Virus record (IMG/VR): IMGVR_UViG_3300025646_000028
Coordinates: 8,765-72,764 of that record
Direction: 5' to 3' (one strand)
DNA from: a virus
Length of the DNA: 64,000 nucleotides
This document shows positions 9,701-24,700 of this stretch, piece by piece (the stretch's first letter is position 1; every line of letters begins with the position of its first letter). The notes beneath the pieces are model-generated. The model was given only the letters and a program-made list of their open reading frames with translations. It was not told the origin of the DNA and did no database searches. Position numbers and translations under genes: made by a program.

Positions 9701-12700
9701 TGTAACTTTATTGTAGGTATCTTTACTTAACTCTTCTTGTGTTTTTGAAATAACTTCGTTGTTATTAGTACCAGCTGCACTTACAGCAATTTGTACTTCT
9801 TCCATAGATAAACCTTCATCACGAATTTCTTGTGAAGCATCATCTTCTGGAGAAATAAACACACGGTTACCTTCTTCATCTACAATAAACCAACCTTCAT
9901 CCATAGCATTAACGTTATTAAAGAAGTTAAAAAATAAATTGTTAGACTTGTAACGTTTATCAAAAGCTTGTTTAAAGTCAGGATTACGTAGAGCGTAAAA
10001 CAGTCGTAAAATATTACTCGCATTTTTTACGCTATCAATACTATTAAAGTTAATATTCTTTGCACCACTGTAACGTTCATTAACTACTTGCACAATAGAA
10101 AGACTGCTACGCATAAAACCTATTAGTTTATAGAAAGGTATGTTAAAGCCATTAAAGAAATTAATACTTTCTTCTAAGTCTTTTTTATTAATAGCATAGT
10201 CATTTGGGTTACTTAATGCTTTATTTAATTGACTGAGACGTTTGTAAAACAGAGTAGTTATTTCATCTGGCATGTATAAGTTTCCAAACACGTACAACTT
10301 CAAACGTTCTTTAATTAAGTTCTTAATCGCTGTTTTTGCACTTGCTTCATCATCATAACTTTCTTGCAAACGTATACGTGATCCAGGGTTTTCTTCATAG
10401 TATTCTTTATTTAAACTGGCAGATGTAATACGTTCTTCTTTTATATCAAGTCTTTCAGTAAAGTCTCGATCAGCGTTAATAGCTCTACCAAGTATAGCTT
10501 CTGTAGTGTCACTACCTAAAATAATATTACGCACACTTTTACGGGTTGTAATGTTATCTACTTTTCTAGTAAATCGAATATATCTTTCGTTAGAATTTGA
10601 ATCAATACCATCATGCTTAGCCATGCTAATTGTTTCTTGTATTAAATTAGACATGTTGTTATTTGCTACACGTTCAATAAAGTATTGATCTAAATAACCT
10701 TTTGTTAATTTCTGTAAATCAACCCTTCTTAAAAATTCTTCAGCGGCTTTACTACCTCGGAAATAATAAAACAATAATTCCTTTTTAAAGCTAGCACCTA
10801 ATTCTTCTCCAAGTGATTTGCTATTTCTAAAATTCTCTATGTAGTTTTTAATAACAGGTTCATTTTTTATTGAAGAGTTTTCTACAAATTCTAAATAGTC
10901 TTTAACGGTTATAGTTTCTCTATCCATAAAATTAGATAAATTTTCTAATTCAGATTCAGCATCCATCATTGTTTTAACAAGTCTTCTTAAGTCTTTTAAA
11001 ACATGTTCTGTATCACGTAAAAAATATTTAATATCAATTGCAGATTGTTCAGTCCAAATACGTTTAACTTCTTCAACAGTTAGCCCGTTTAAAATATTAT
11101 AAAGTTCTTCGTAGTTTACATTTTCTGCTTTTGCTTCGTCTGCTAGTGTCGCTAACAAACTACGTACAGTTACTTCACCTTCAGTATTAGTAGCTCCTAT
11201 AGCTTTCCAGAATATACCTTGTTTAGATTTATTAATGTGTTTGTATTCTGCAATAATTGAAGATGTAAATTGATCTTTACGTTTATTACCTGCGTAATTA
11301 ACACCGTTTTTAGATGCGCGAATACGGCCTGTTGTAGATTGTTCTAGTTTTTTAGACAACACTAACAACACTAAACGTTTATAGTATTTACGATAAGCTT
11401 GTTTATCTTCTTCAGTAACTCTATTAGTATTATTAAGAATGTCTTGTTCTTCTTGAGTAAAGTTATTAAGATATTCTTTCTTTAATTTTTCTGAAATAAT
11501 AATGTCTTCACCGTATTCAAAGCTGTTAAAGTTCTTTTCAATTGTATAAATTGTATCAATCTCATCTTTAAAAGTGTCGTAATAATCTTTAAGTTTATCA
11601 ACATTAAAGTAGTCTGATACTTTTTGAATGCTTGTATCTTCAACACTAGATACATCATTACCTTCATTGTTTATACGTACATGTGCGTTGACATATAACC
11701 TTAATGTATCAACATCATTAGTGTCTAATGGTTCTAAATTATTTTCTACACTTTTTGCTAGTTGGTTATATGTGTCTCCACTGATTAATCGGTACATTTC
11801 TACATTTAAATATTCACCTTCTTCTCCACGAATATCTTTATTTAAAGTATTTTTACCACGTTGATTACGTCCTACACTATAGCTAATTAATTTTGCGCCA
11901 CTCATAAAGTGTTGATCGTTTTCTACTTTATCTTTAGCAAAAAGTTCTCGATTAGCTTTTTCTAAGTACGATATTAAATTACCTTTTTTATCAATTTCTT
12001 CATCAATAGAGTAGTAGTTTAAATCGGTAGCTAATAGTTCTCGTAAAGGAGCATTATCTCCTTCAACATCAGAAAATTTTAATAAACCCATACCCATAGT
12101 ATCACCGTCGTTATCAGCACCCATCATGTTGTATGCGTATACGTTAACGTTAACTGCATATGACGTGCTAAAACCTATAGCTTTTAACACAGGGGTAGCT
12201 GCGTAATCTTGAACAGGTGAACGGACTGCTAAAACGTACGTGTATGTTTGGTTAAGTTGGTACCCATCTAATTTATTAGTACCACTTTCTACTGCTAAAT
12301 GTAACGCACCGTTTTCTTCAGCTAAAATACCACGCGAGTTTAAAAACTCTATACGTTGTTCTATGTTTTCAAAACCTAAAATAGTGTCAATATATTCTTT
12401 AGATTTTTTAGCATTTAAAGGTTCAGTTTTAATTAAAGTATTACCTTCTTTGCTATCTTTAACTACAATAGCGTCCCAAGCATCTTTAGGTAAAGTTATT
12501 TCTCCAGCATCAAGTGTAACGTCCACAAGATATTGAGCACGCACACCGTCTATACGTTTAAATCTTGATTGGTAGTAAGCACTATTCTTACCACTATACA
12601 TTTTCTTTAATGCATTGCTTTCAGTATTTTTTACAATACGATCAATGTTTTTATTGTAACCTTCCTTAGGACCACTTGTAGTGTTTCTCAAGTACAAGTA

Positions 12701-15700
12701 GTTTAAATATTGCATACCTTGTTCTCTTACATATTCATGTATTTCTTTCTTTTGGTATGCTTCAGTTAATTTAATTTGTAATTCTTCTAAACGTTCTACT
12801 GTGTTTACTTCTTCTTCGTCTTCTAATCCTGTTGCGTTTTTAATTACAGTCTTAAAACCTAAAGAACGTATATTAGATAACAGATTTAAGTTATCATTGT
12901 TAGGACCAAAAACTTTATTAAAGTTATCTAACCCAATTTTATTTATTATAGGTATAGAAACAGTAGGCGAAACATAAGTACCTTTAATTGGATTGTTATT
13001 ACTGTCAACAACGTTACGAATAAGTTTACCTGCTGTGTTAAATTTAGTTTGTGTAGCCATAGCTTGCGCACTATTTTCATGATCAGCGTAAACGTATGCC
13101 AAACCACGAACATATGTAGTTGCAGTTAAATCAGTTTTAATTAGTCTACGTTCATGTACTTTATTCATGTCGTAGTCTTCTGTAATAAATTGATCTGATT
13201 TTGTTTTAATATACGCAGGCGTAATAATTGCCGGGACATCTTTTTCTGCGTCTTCTTCTTTAAAGTCACGTAAAATTAAAACGTTATACAATTCAGTATC
13301 TTTTGTAGTGTCAGTAATCAAAGATTTAAATTCTTCATCATTACTTAATTTATCTTTTATTTCTTTTGAAAGACCTTCTAACAATTCATAAGAATCAAAG
13401 CTACTATCCACAAGTAAAACATTGTCTTCTTTATTTAATAAAGGTCCAAATGTTTTTCTTAAGTAAGGATCTATTGCTTTAAAAAAGCGTAAGGTTCTTG
13501 CGGGGATTAATGAGCTTCCATCTTTTTTAGTTTCATTAAGTAAATAAGCACGTATATAATTAAATAACATTTCACCGTAAATACCAGCTGTACCACGGCT
13601 ATTAACTGAGTTAGCACTTGCTACAAATAATGCGCCATATGTTTTATATAACCCTTGAATAGGTCTGACAGCTCCTTTAAACCCGGAGTGTAATCCTAAC
13701 CATGTCTTATTACCATTACCATATTCAGTTGAATAGTAGAAATCTGCATCAACAGCAATTTCATCTAATGGTATACGTGGATCGTTTGCAAAAGCAATAG
13801 GTACAGTAAACCCAAATTGATGTACTTCTGTATCATCTTTATAACTCTTATATAAAGATTTACTCATTACATTAGGCATAAAGATTTGTGTATTAGCACT
13901 CTTAGTTAATCGCACAAAGTTATTTATTACTTCTTTGTTTTTAATATACTTACCAGGATTACTTAAAAACGTCGTTAATAATTTTTTACCCGGAGCAACT
14001 TTATCAGGAATGTCTCCGTAAATATTATTTAAAAATTTAAGGCTAGTATACTTAGCTAAAAGATGCTTAGCACTTAACATAGTACGGATTGCGTTTGTAC
14101 TTAATAAGAACGGGAAGTTTAAAGCATAACGTGTTTTATATTTAAGTACTGCACCTGCACTACCTTCAGAGTTTAATTGAAGATCAATATTGTTTTCTTT
14201 TAAAAATGCATCATCAAAAGACTCAATGTTATAATCATATGTATAATCTGCATTTATTTGATTAACAATAGAGCCCGGTTCAAGTGCTTTATAACGCGAC
14301 GTTAAACGGTTATATATACCTATATAAATAGTTTTTAAATCACGTTCTGTTAGTTGTCTTTGCTTTTGATACAATGCAACTTCTGCAAAGAACTGATTAC
14401 GAATCATTTCAGATATGTTTAGTACACGTAAGTATTTTGAGTTAGCTGCAAATTTTTCATGAGTTAAAGTTTTTTGATAGATTGCTTCGTTTGCTTCTTC
14501 TGCTTCGGTTATTTTTGAAGCTTCTGTTTTAGAATTAACACGTCTAAAGTTATCTTTATTTTTAATTAAAAATTTAATAAGTACATCAGAAGCGGCTTTA
14601 CCACTATCAACACCTTTAGCATAGAACACTTCATCTCTTCTAACATTGGGTAAAATGCTGTATTTAGCCTTGCCATCTTTAGTCCAGTAAAATTTCTTTT
14701 CATCTAAAAGATTTTCTAATTCTTTAAATGTAAAGTCAGAGTCAAATTTAGCATCTTCAGAATTAAAATAAACATTTATATTTTTTTCTAATGTTTGAAA
14801 GCCTGCAGTAGAACCACCGTCATATTTTAAATGAGCAGGAATATATCCGTAGCGTAATTTAATTTCAATTCTATTTTTCTTTGCGTTAAAACTTGCAGTA
14901 CTAACAAGATTATATTCGTCATCTGAGACACTATATAAATAAGTGTTATCAATTGCATTGTCTTGTCGTATAGCTTTAGAAAGTACAGTATTGTGTACAG
15001 TTCGTATAGCTAAAATATCATTACCTTTTTCTGGATCATCATAATGTACTTTAAGTCCTAAGCGTTTTAACGTGGCGCTTTCAAAAACTTCTTTAAGATC
15101 TAGTGTACTACTAGCTATGCTGTCAAACTGTTGATCATTCATACGGTTTGAAGGTTTTTCTCCTGTAATTAAACTGTAAATAGTTTCATTACTTAGATTC
15201 TCTATTTTAGTTTCTAGTCCAGTAATACTTTCCATTACGTTAGAGTACGTTAAAAGTAAAACATTGAGATCAGTTTTACCTGGTAAGTCTGACTCAACAT
15301 AATTTTCCAACCAAGCTTTGGCTTGTAGTAAACCGTTTTTGCGATCATTAAGGTACTCATTAAACACAACAAGTTTTGTGCTTGTTGTTTCTTTAATAAG
15401 ATCTTCAAAACTAATTTGACTTAGCGAAAGATTTTCTTCATAGTTTTCTAATAAGTTAAGTACTTTAGTAAATGCTGCTGTGTACTTTTGATAGTCTTCT
15501 TGGTTTTCAGAATCTGTAATTACACCATACATTTTACGTAAGGATATTAAATCGATAGGTTTGTTTTCAAATAAGATATTGTTGTTTGCGATACTAATCC
15601 CTTTAAAGGTTTTAATCTTTAATAAGTTTGTAAGAGCTTCAACTAACTTAGTGTATGTTTGTTTTAAGTAGACTTTTAATTCATCTTGATAATCCTTCAG

Positions 15701-18700
15701 TATGTTTTTTAAGAATGTTTCAACAACAGCGTCTTCTAATTTGCCATCTTCTCTAAGTACTGTTTGCTTAGAAAGAGCTTTAAGTTCTTCATTGATAGCT
15801 TTTAAAGCGTCTTCTTTAGTTATAGATTTATTAAGCACGTCTAATATACGTGTGTCTACACTTCCTTCTAAAAATACTTTATAGTCTGTAATTTCTTTAC
15901 CACTACGTATAGCCGCAGCTAAACGAATAATATTGCTGAGTTTTAATTTTAAATCTCTATCAGCCATTTCTTTTTGAGTTTCTAATAAACCCAACTCTTT
16001 AGTAGCTGTAGTACTAGATCTTATTTCTTTAACAGAATTTAATGCAATACTTACAGTTTGACCATAACCAGATGTAGTTAATTTATCTATTTTTTGTGCA
16101 GAAGAAATAATTTGTTTTACAATTTCATCATCACTTATAACTTTTGCTGCAACTTCTTCTCGAAGTCTACTAATAGTTTCTTTGTGTTTTCTTATTGTTT
16201 CTTTTTTCTTTTCAATTTCTTTTTGCTTTTGTAGTACAATTTCTTCAGAAGTTAATCCTGTTTTTAAAACTTCAGCTAGTGTACTATTAGCAGCTTGTAA
16301 AGCATCAAGTATTTCAATACTTTCTTTTATATTTAACTCAACATCTTTGTCGTAGAGTTTAACACCGGCAAGCTTTATAGCACGTTCTTTAAGTTCGCTG
16401 CGTACACCTACACCTGATGTAGCTCCGTATTTAATTACAGCCCCATTTAAAGTTTCATTGTAGTTTTTCTCTACACCTTTTATTAATTTATCTACATATT
16501 CAATAATAATTTTTTCAACAGCAGGTGTCTTATTTTCTAAAGTAATACCTTCCATAAACCGTAAAACTAAATCATTTTTAATTTCAGTTTTAATAGCGTC
16601 TGTTACTTTTTTATCAAAGTATTTGGTTAATTGATCTCTAAGATATTTAATTGCGCCTGTGCTAACATCAAAAATTTGGTTTTTAATATCATCGTTAAGA
16701 ATATAACCTGTTTGTTCAGAAGCTTTTTTAATAGCTTGATTTATTTTAAGCGCAGTAATTTTGTTATTAATACGATCTAAATCTTCTTTAATTCTATCTA
16801 GTTCTTGCTTAGTAATAAATTCTTTTTTAGTTTCAATTGTTTTAATAAGACGATCACTTGCTTCTTGAAGTTCTTTAATATACTCTGTAGTTATTTCATC
16901 CGCGTCTAGCTCAGTCTTATCTATTTTATTAAAAATAGTTTCAAGACTATTTTCTTCAGATAAATTACGATAGTATTCGTTAACAATTAAATTATCACCG
17001 ATACGACTAATAAAGTTTTTAATAATATTAAAATCAAAACGGAAACCGTTGTGTGCAACAATGTCTACATTTGCATCTCCAACTTTTTGTATAAAAGTAT
17101 TAATAAAGTTGTCGTTATTTTTAACTTGTTTTACACGCGCAATTAACTCGTCCATTTTTATTTTAGCTTTAACTTCAAATTCTTCAGGAGATAAGTCTTC
17201 TTTTTCCCATTGCTTTTTCCATATGCGTTTTTGTTGCTCATAAAACTTAAGCATGTTTTCTTTATAACTTCCGTCATCATTAACTCCGTCATAAAATAAA
17301 CCACTATTAATGTATACATCATTAATAATTAACTGTTTATCTTTTACAGTAATCATTGTTATTTGATAAGGGGTGTCCTCACCGTTGTAACGGTACGTTT
17401 CTAAGTCAATAACAATAAAGTTTTTTGACGCAGGTTTTTGATGTATATAATTTAATAATGTAATTAAAGAGTCAACAACAGAGTTGTGTAATGCGTAGTC
17501 TCCCCTACTCTTTATAAATGTTTTTAAAAATTCAATGTCTTGACCAGGAAATTTTTCTTGTACAATTTTTAAAACAATATTAATAACATCTATTTCAGCT
17601 GCATCTTTTTTAATTCTAGCTTTATAGTAATGTTTAAATAAGTCTAAGTTACTTAATTTATCTCCAGCCACTTCTAGTTCTTTATTATACGCAGCTTGAC
17701 GATCAGCTTTTGTTTTTTCTAAAGCTTCTTTTTTAATTTCTAAATCAGCTTTTAAAGTTTCAATGCCTTCTCTTCGTTTAGGTAAATCGTTTAAAGCTTG
17801 TTTAAAATCATTAACATTTTTAAGTTTATCTAAAAATTGTTTTTTATAACGTTTATAGTTTTTTATTTCAAAGTTGTCTTTACTGTTTGTAACAAATCGG
17901 ATTAATGAAGCCACTGTTTGATCATCCATATTATCAATAGCTTCACCTTCAATGTCTTTGTAAAGGTTGCTAAATAGTTTTTTAGCGTGATCAAGATCAG
18001 AAACAGTAGGAACTTTCCCTTTACGATCTAATAAAGTTTTTTCTAAACCAATACTTCCTATAGTTTTTTCTGCTTTATTAATATACTCTACAAATTTGTT
18101 TGAAAAATATTCTACACTTATATTAAATTTATTAACTAAAGCGTTGTTAACGTTTGCTAATAATGCTTGTGCAAAACGTAGTTTATCATCTGCTAAATCA
18201 CTAAAATCAAGTTCAACTTGTTTACTACCAAAAGATTTACTAATTGCGTCATAGTTATTAGGGTGTTTAATAAAATTAAAAATTAAATTAAATGCTGTAA
18301 GAGGTGTGATATCTTTAAACTGTTCTCTTGTTTCATTCTCTATTCTTGCAGCTTCAGCATCTGTAAGCTCTCGTTTTAAGTCACTACTACGTTTATTAAT
18401 TTTTAATTCGTTGAAAACAGTAAAGTATAAATTTAGTTTAAATTCTTCTTCACCTTCTAATTTAGGAAGATCAACAGCTTCAGGTATATCAACGATTCTG
18501 CGGTTTGCTAAAGTATTAGCGTGGTTTCTAAGTATACTTATTTCATTTTGAACAGCTTTTGTTAATACATCTAAACTAATAAGTTTATCGTTTTTAACTA
18601 CACCTAAATCTTTTTTACCGGCTATACCGAATTGAACATTAAAGTCACGGATAAAACCGTATAAAACTTTTAAATATGAAAGTTGTTTGTTGTAAAGCGC

Positions 18701-21700
18701 TTTATGGCGTTTTGTAATTAACGCTTTTTCTGTATCACTTAACTTAGTAAACGTACCTTTATCGTCTATTGCTTTAAATGTTTTTGCTAAAACAGATTTA
18801 CTTTCTTCTTTAAAATCTTTAATAATTTTTGATAACGTTTCAAGCGCTGTGTCAACGTTTTCAAAATCATCAATTTGTAAAGAAGTAAGTTCTTCTTCGT
18901 AGTTTTGCAAGTTGCGTTCATGTATAGCACGTTTTGCAGCGTACGCTGTATATTTTTTAATTAACTTACCTTCACTATCTCTGCCACGTGCATCACGTCT
19001 ATCACGTATTTTATTAAGATTTTCAAATACTTTTTCTTTAATAGTTTTATTATGTAATGTTATAAACTCTGCTTCTGTAGAAATTTTTAATTCTAAAAGT
19101 TCTTCTTTAAAAAAGCTATATATAGTTTTAAGTGCTTCAGTTGGCGGCACACCTTCTCTTCTAAGTTGTAAGTATGTATCCCAATAGAAACTGTTAACTT
19201 TGTATTCAACACTATCTTCTATTTTTTTAACATCTTCAACATCTTTTAAATAAGCATCATACTCTTTTAAATATTTATTATCTGTTTTACTATTTAATTT
19301 AAGCAATTCACCTTCTTCTTTTTCTATAAGCAACTTAATTTCTGCTTCTCTTTGATCCATGTAATAATTGCGAAGTCCTGGGTAGTTTGTAAACAGAGCT
19401 TTAATAAGTTCGAGTTTCTTTTCTTTAAAAGTTTTTTCTTCTTCAGCAATTAATTTATCCGCTTCTGTTATTTTTTCTTGTAAAATAAAGGAAGCTAAAT
19501 CTGCTTGTTTATATAAATCATCTGTACCTACAATACGTTGCTTATTATCATAGGTGTAATAATCAGGTGTTGCTAAACGTTCATTAACAGTTTCGTTACT
19601 CGTTTTAATTTTTGGAATAGTAAATAATTTTTCTTGATTTTTAATATCATCAGCACGTGCAATAGTTTTGTTTAAACCACTTTGACGTTTTTTAATTTCG
19701 TCATTAAGTATTTTAATAGCTAATTCTTCAGCAGCTTCACGCTTACTAAGTATAGTTGTTTTAGCACCAACAGTTGCTTTGTTACCATAAGCAACATCAA
19801 AGGTGTCGTAGAATTGATTTGGATTATAAAAGTTTTCAGAGCTTTTAATAAATTTTTGAATTCTTAAACCCATGTTAATTGTTTGTTGTTGCTCTAACGT
19901 AAGCTCTTCAAAATCATTTTTACCTTGTAGCTTTGCTAATTCTTTTTTCTTTTGAAACTCAGTAAGACTTTCATCTTGTATAATACGTTTAATCACACTT
20001 GTAATTGTCTTGTACTTATATGATTTATATTTAATATCATCTTCAAATTGTTTGCTAACATTTTCAACAATTCGATTTTGTATTTCAGGAATATCTGTAT
20101 GATCAACAAAGCGTGCTAAATAAATATAGCCTAAAATACCTTTAACAAATGTTTCATTAAATTCTACAATTTTATTATTAGTAGCAGACACTTCTATAAT
20201 TTTGTCTGTTAGTGCTTTAATTTCAGCATCAAATAATTCTGATAATTCTTCTGGAGATTTTTTAGTTCCTGCATTATCTAAAATATATTTTTCTTTTGCA
20301 TCACGTAACAGCATGTTGTAGTAATCAATAAATGTATTAAGACTAGATGTATCTTTTTTAAACAAACCTACAGCAGCTGTAATATCTCTTACACGAATAA
20401 ACTGGCCAGGTTTAAAATCTTTCTTTAATTTTTCTAACAAGTCAGTCCATGTAATACGTAAGCTATTATATAATTGATTAGCACTACCAACATTTTTATT
20501 AGTAGCCATGTTTTCTGCCATCATATCGTTGATAAATTCTTTACGCATTAACATTAATTCATATATACGAGAACCAACAAAACCAGCATCACCTTCTTTA
20601 AAGATAGGTTCATATAAAGTTCTTTGTGTATCTGCAGCTACAAGTTTAATATTATTTTGTTTATAAATAATTCCATTAAAATCACCGGAGTATTCTTCAT
20701 TATCTCTAAGATTAGTATCGTCCAAAATAATACGACCAAGTCTATCGTTATAGTATGTTGTTTGACGATCAATTTCTCTTAGTATAGAGAACCCGCGATT
20801 AAAATGAAAGTTAACACTATTAGTAATAGCATTACCTTCTCCTAGTAAATTGTTAATACTAATTGTTTGTAAGCGTAAGTTGTTATCTTTTTCACGGATT
20901 AATTCAAAATCACGTACAGCTTTTATGTCTTCTAAACTAACAGTATAATTAGGTCTCTTTAGTACGTTGCGTATGTATTGGTCTTTATGGTAATTAATAA
21001 ACCATATTAACAAATTAGCTTTAGTAAAGTCATCACCTTCTGCGCTAGGATCATTTGTTTTAATATGTGCGTTTATAAAATGCTGAATTGTTTTGTATTC
21101 ACCTTCTAATATTGAAAACACTTCATCACGACTAATACCAAACTCTTTTAGCATTCTTACAATTTCTTCTGAGTCTAAATTAAAGTCATTGTTTCTAATA
21201 ACATTTTTAAAGTAATCAAAAAATCTTGTACTTGTTTCTAAAAGATCTATCTGATTAACTTTAAAAATTTCTTTGTAAGTTAATTTAGTCTTTTTAATTT
21301 TGTAACGCAACGATTTAATTCTTTGCAGTTCATTAATATACGTGTTAACTTTTCCTGGTACTTTGCCTTCTTCTCCAAATATAGCTTTATCTTTTAAAGC
21401 ATCTTCTCCTGTAAGATAAACACCTTCATTTTTCTTTGTAGTAGCAAGCGCAATCATTGTTTGAAGTTGATCTTGCGTAAACCCTTCACTTAAAATTTGT
21501 TCTTTAAGAGCTTCTGTTTGTTTAATAACACGATCAAGCGTAACTACTTTAGGTACATATTGATTAGAAGTGCTTGTAGTTTTCGCATATAAATGATCTG
21601 TAGCAGTTTCAATAACGTCTCCTGCAAACACAGTCAAAAGTAAACGATCACTTTGATCAAGCTCAATATTAAATTTTTTACTTATATGTTCACTTATATA

Positions 21701-24700
21701 CTCATCGATTTTAACATCTTGTATTTCTTCTAATGTACCTTCTTTTATTTGTTTTTCTACTTCAGCTTTTGATGGGAAGTCATAGAAAAACATAAGACTT
21801 AATTTATCACCACGGAAAATTAAATGTTCCATATTAAAACCGTAACGGTCTTTTTTATTTGTAATTTGCTGCGAAAGTCTTAAACGCTTTTCTACGTTTG
21901 CTAACAAAGCTGCTTCTGGTTTTGAAATAGTTTTGTTTCTTTTTTTAATTAATAATTCATCACGTGTAGTTTGTAATAAGTTTAAGTAATCAACAGCGTT
22001 AAATCCATCTAGTTGATCAGCTACTCGCTTGTTCATGTATTGATTAATTGAAATTAAATAAGACTTAAGTACGTATCCATAAACAATATGTTTTACAATA
22101 TCATCCGGACTCTTAAAGTCTTTACGTGTAGGATCACTATTATAAATTTTTTCTGCAAGACTGTATATACCTGAACCGTTTTTAGGCTTTAAGTCTAAAT
22201 CAAAGTTTTTAAGAGGTATAATTTTTTCTAACTGTGCATACAGTTCATCTAATGTAATACGATCTTTATACCAATCTTTCCATGCGTTTTTTAAACTACT
22301 TAAATGAGAATAGTTAATTGTGTCTTTATTATGTTTAGCAATAAGTTTATAGTGACGTTTACGAGCTTCTTGTATAATGTCGTAAAAGTTTTTTAAATGA
22401 TATTGTTGCGCATTTAAAAGACTTATACCTTCATCTGCGCTACCGTATCTGTTGTATGCAGAGGCTTTAAATAACTCAAGCATACTTTTCTTTCTTTTCT
22501 TATAAGGGTCTCTAAAGACTTTTTCAAGATCGGTTACTATAGGACTTGTTAATTCTTTATTAATTTCTAAGAAAGATAAAACATTTTGTGAAGCGGTATC
22601 TTCGCTGAACTGTGTTTTAATGTGCTGTTGAATTATAGGTATAATTTTTTTGTATGCGATTTTGTTTGTTTTTTCAATGTGTTTTACAATTCCATAAATA
22701 GAGTTCTTTAATCTAAGTATTTCTGAAGTTGTTTCAGGTTTTAAAACATTGTAGTAATTTATTTTATCTACTAAAGGATCATCACCATAAGTTTTTTGCA
22801 TGTATGTTAATGCTTTTATAATCTTATCAAACAGTCCTCGTTGTACTAAGTTAGCTACTAAAACCGGGTCGTTTAAATCTTTTTTAAGCTTACTTAAATC
22901 GTAACCTTTCTTAATAAATTTTCCTTTAAAGAAGTTAACACCTATAGTTTCTAAATCGTAATCACCTTTGATGCGATCATAGAAATCAAAAAACATATTA
23001 TTAAGTTTAGCTTCTTCTTGTATACGTCTAAACGTTTCGGTGTTAAATAAATTAGTACCTTCACCGTAGCTCTTTAAGATCGGCACAAAACCTTGTAAGT
23101 TCTTTTTTGTATAACGTTGTTGATAAAACAAACTTAATTTATTTAATAACTCACTAGCTGTAACTTTGTTTGTAGTATCTAAACGTTCTTTGTAAATAAG
23201 GTTTAAATCTTTTAACCACAAATCTACAATAACTTTTTTACCTTGCACGTTTAATACTTCAGGTACAGGTTTAATTGTTTCATCTCTAACAGTGTAACGA
23301 TCAACCATATCAAAGTCGTCTTTATTATTTTTTTGGATATCTTCTATTTCATTATATTTAGTTTCAGATAAAATAAACACTTCACTAATGTTGTATTCTT
23401 CTCCGTTCATAACACGTTTATAAAGAGCTGCTAAACTTTCGTTGCCACCAAAACTCCATTGTTCGTCAGGTACAACAAAAACAGCTGTACCATCTTCTGT
23501 TACAATTCGAAGATCAGCATTTTTTGTTTGCTCATTAGCTGTTAAGTTATCTTTAGCTTTATTAAATTCTTTTTTGTCATTTTTACCAAACACATGTCTT
23601 ACAAAATAAAGATTTAGTTTAGGAATACCAGGCACATCTGTTCTATCTTTAAACACTTCTCGTCTACGATAAAGACGATCTGCACCTGTAGGATCAATGC
23701 CAAGTACGTAATCTTTTAAATCTGTATCAACGGTATTGTTAAAGTAGTCTTGTGCTAAATCATCGTCTGCTTGCATGCGAGTATAAATTGTGTCAAAGTC
23801 TGCAAATGCATCTAACTCAATGCGTTTATTAATTTCTGTGTAATGTTTTAAAACAGCTTGAAGATTACCAATCTTTGTTGTTACTCTATTTACGTAACGT
23901 TTATATCTTGGTGTATCTTTATCTTCAATATTTTGTTTTTTAAATGTAGCTAGATCTTCTTTAGCATCAGCTATTCTTTCTTCTATGCGAGTAAGATTAC
24001 TGTCTTGCGCTAAACCTTTTACAGTTTTACGATCTTTGAAAAAGATGTCGCGTATAATTTGTTTAATATTACTGGGGCTAACAATGACACTTTGTTCATT
24101 ACCTTCAGGACTTTTAATCGTGTAGCCTTCAAAGTCTTTTGGATTAATTTGACTTAATTTTAAAAGCGTTAAAAGTAATAAAGTATTATTATTACGCAAC
24201 ACACCTTTGTTATCTAATAAATCTACGGTAAATAAATCTTTAACAGTGCCGTCTTTGTTAGTTGCTTTAAAAGTGTATGTTTTGGGTAAACGTGTATTAC
24301 CTTTGTTTTCTTCTGCTGTATAACGTTGAGCCGCTCTAAAAATATAATCCGCAAACGTTCTAAATCTATTATCGTAAATAGCTCTGAAATCTATTTTATT
24401 TGTATCTAAGTCTGTTTCAAATATTTCATTGACTAATAATAAACGTTGTCGTAACTCTATAACACCTGGATCTGAAAACAAGTTGTACAACTCTTCAGTA
24501 GCTCCTGGTTGCTTCATGAATATTTCTTTGTCAATACTAAAAGAGTTGTATGTTAGTAATGTACCAAACTCTTGTATTAACATATCGTAGCTTGCAACAG
24601 CTGCGGCTTCTAAACTAGTTACTTTTGTAGCAGGATCTAATGCTGCCATACGATTACCTATTGTAGTAACTAGATTTAAAACATCTCTTCTTGTAACACC

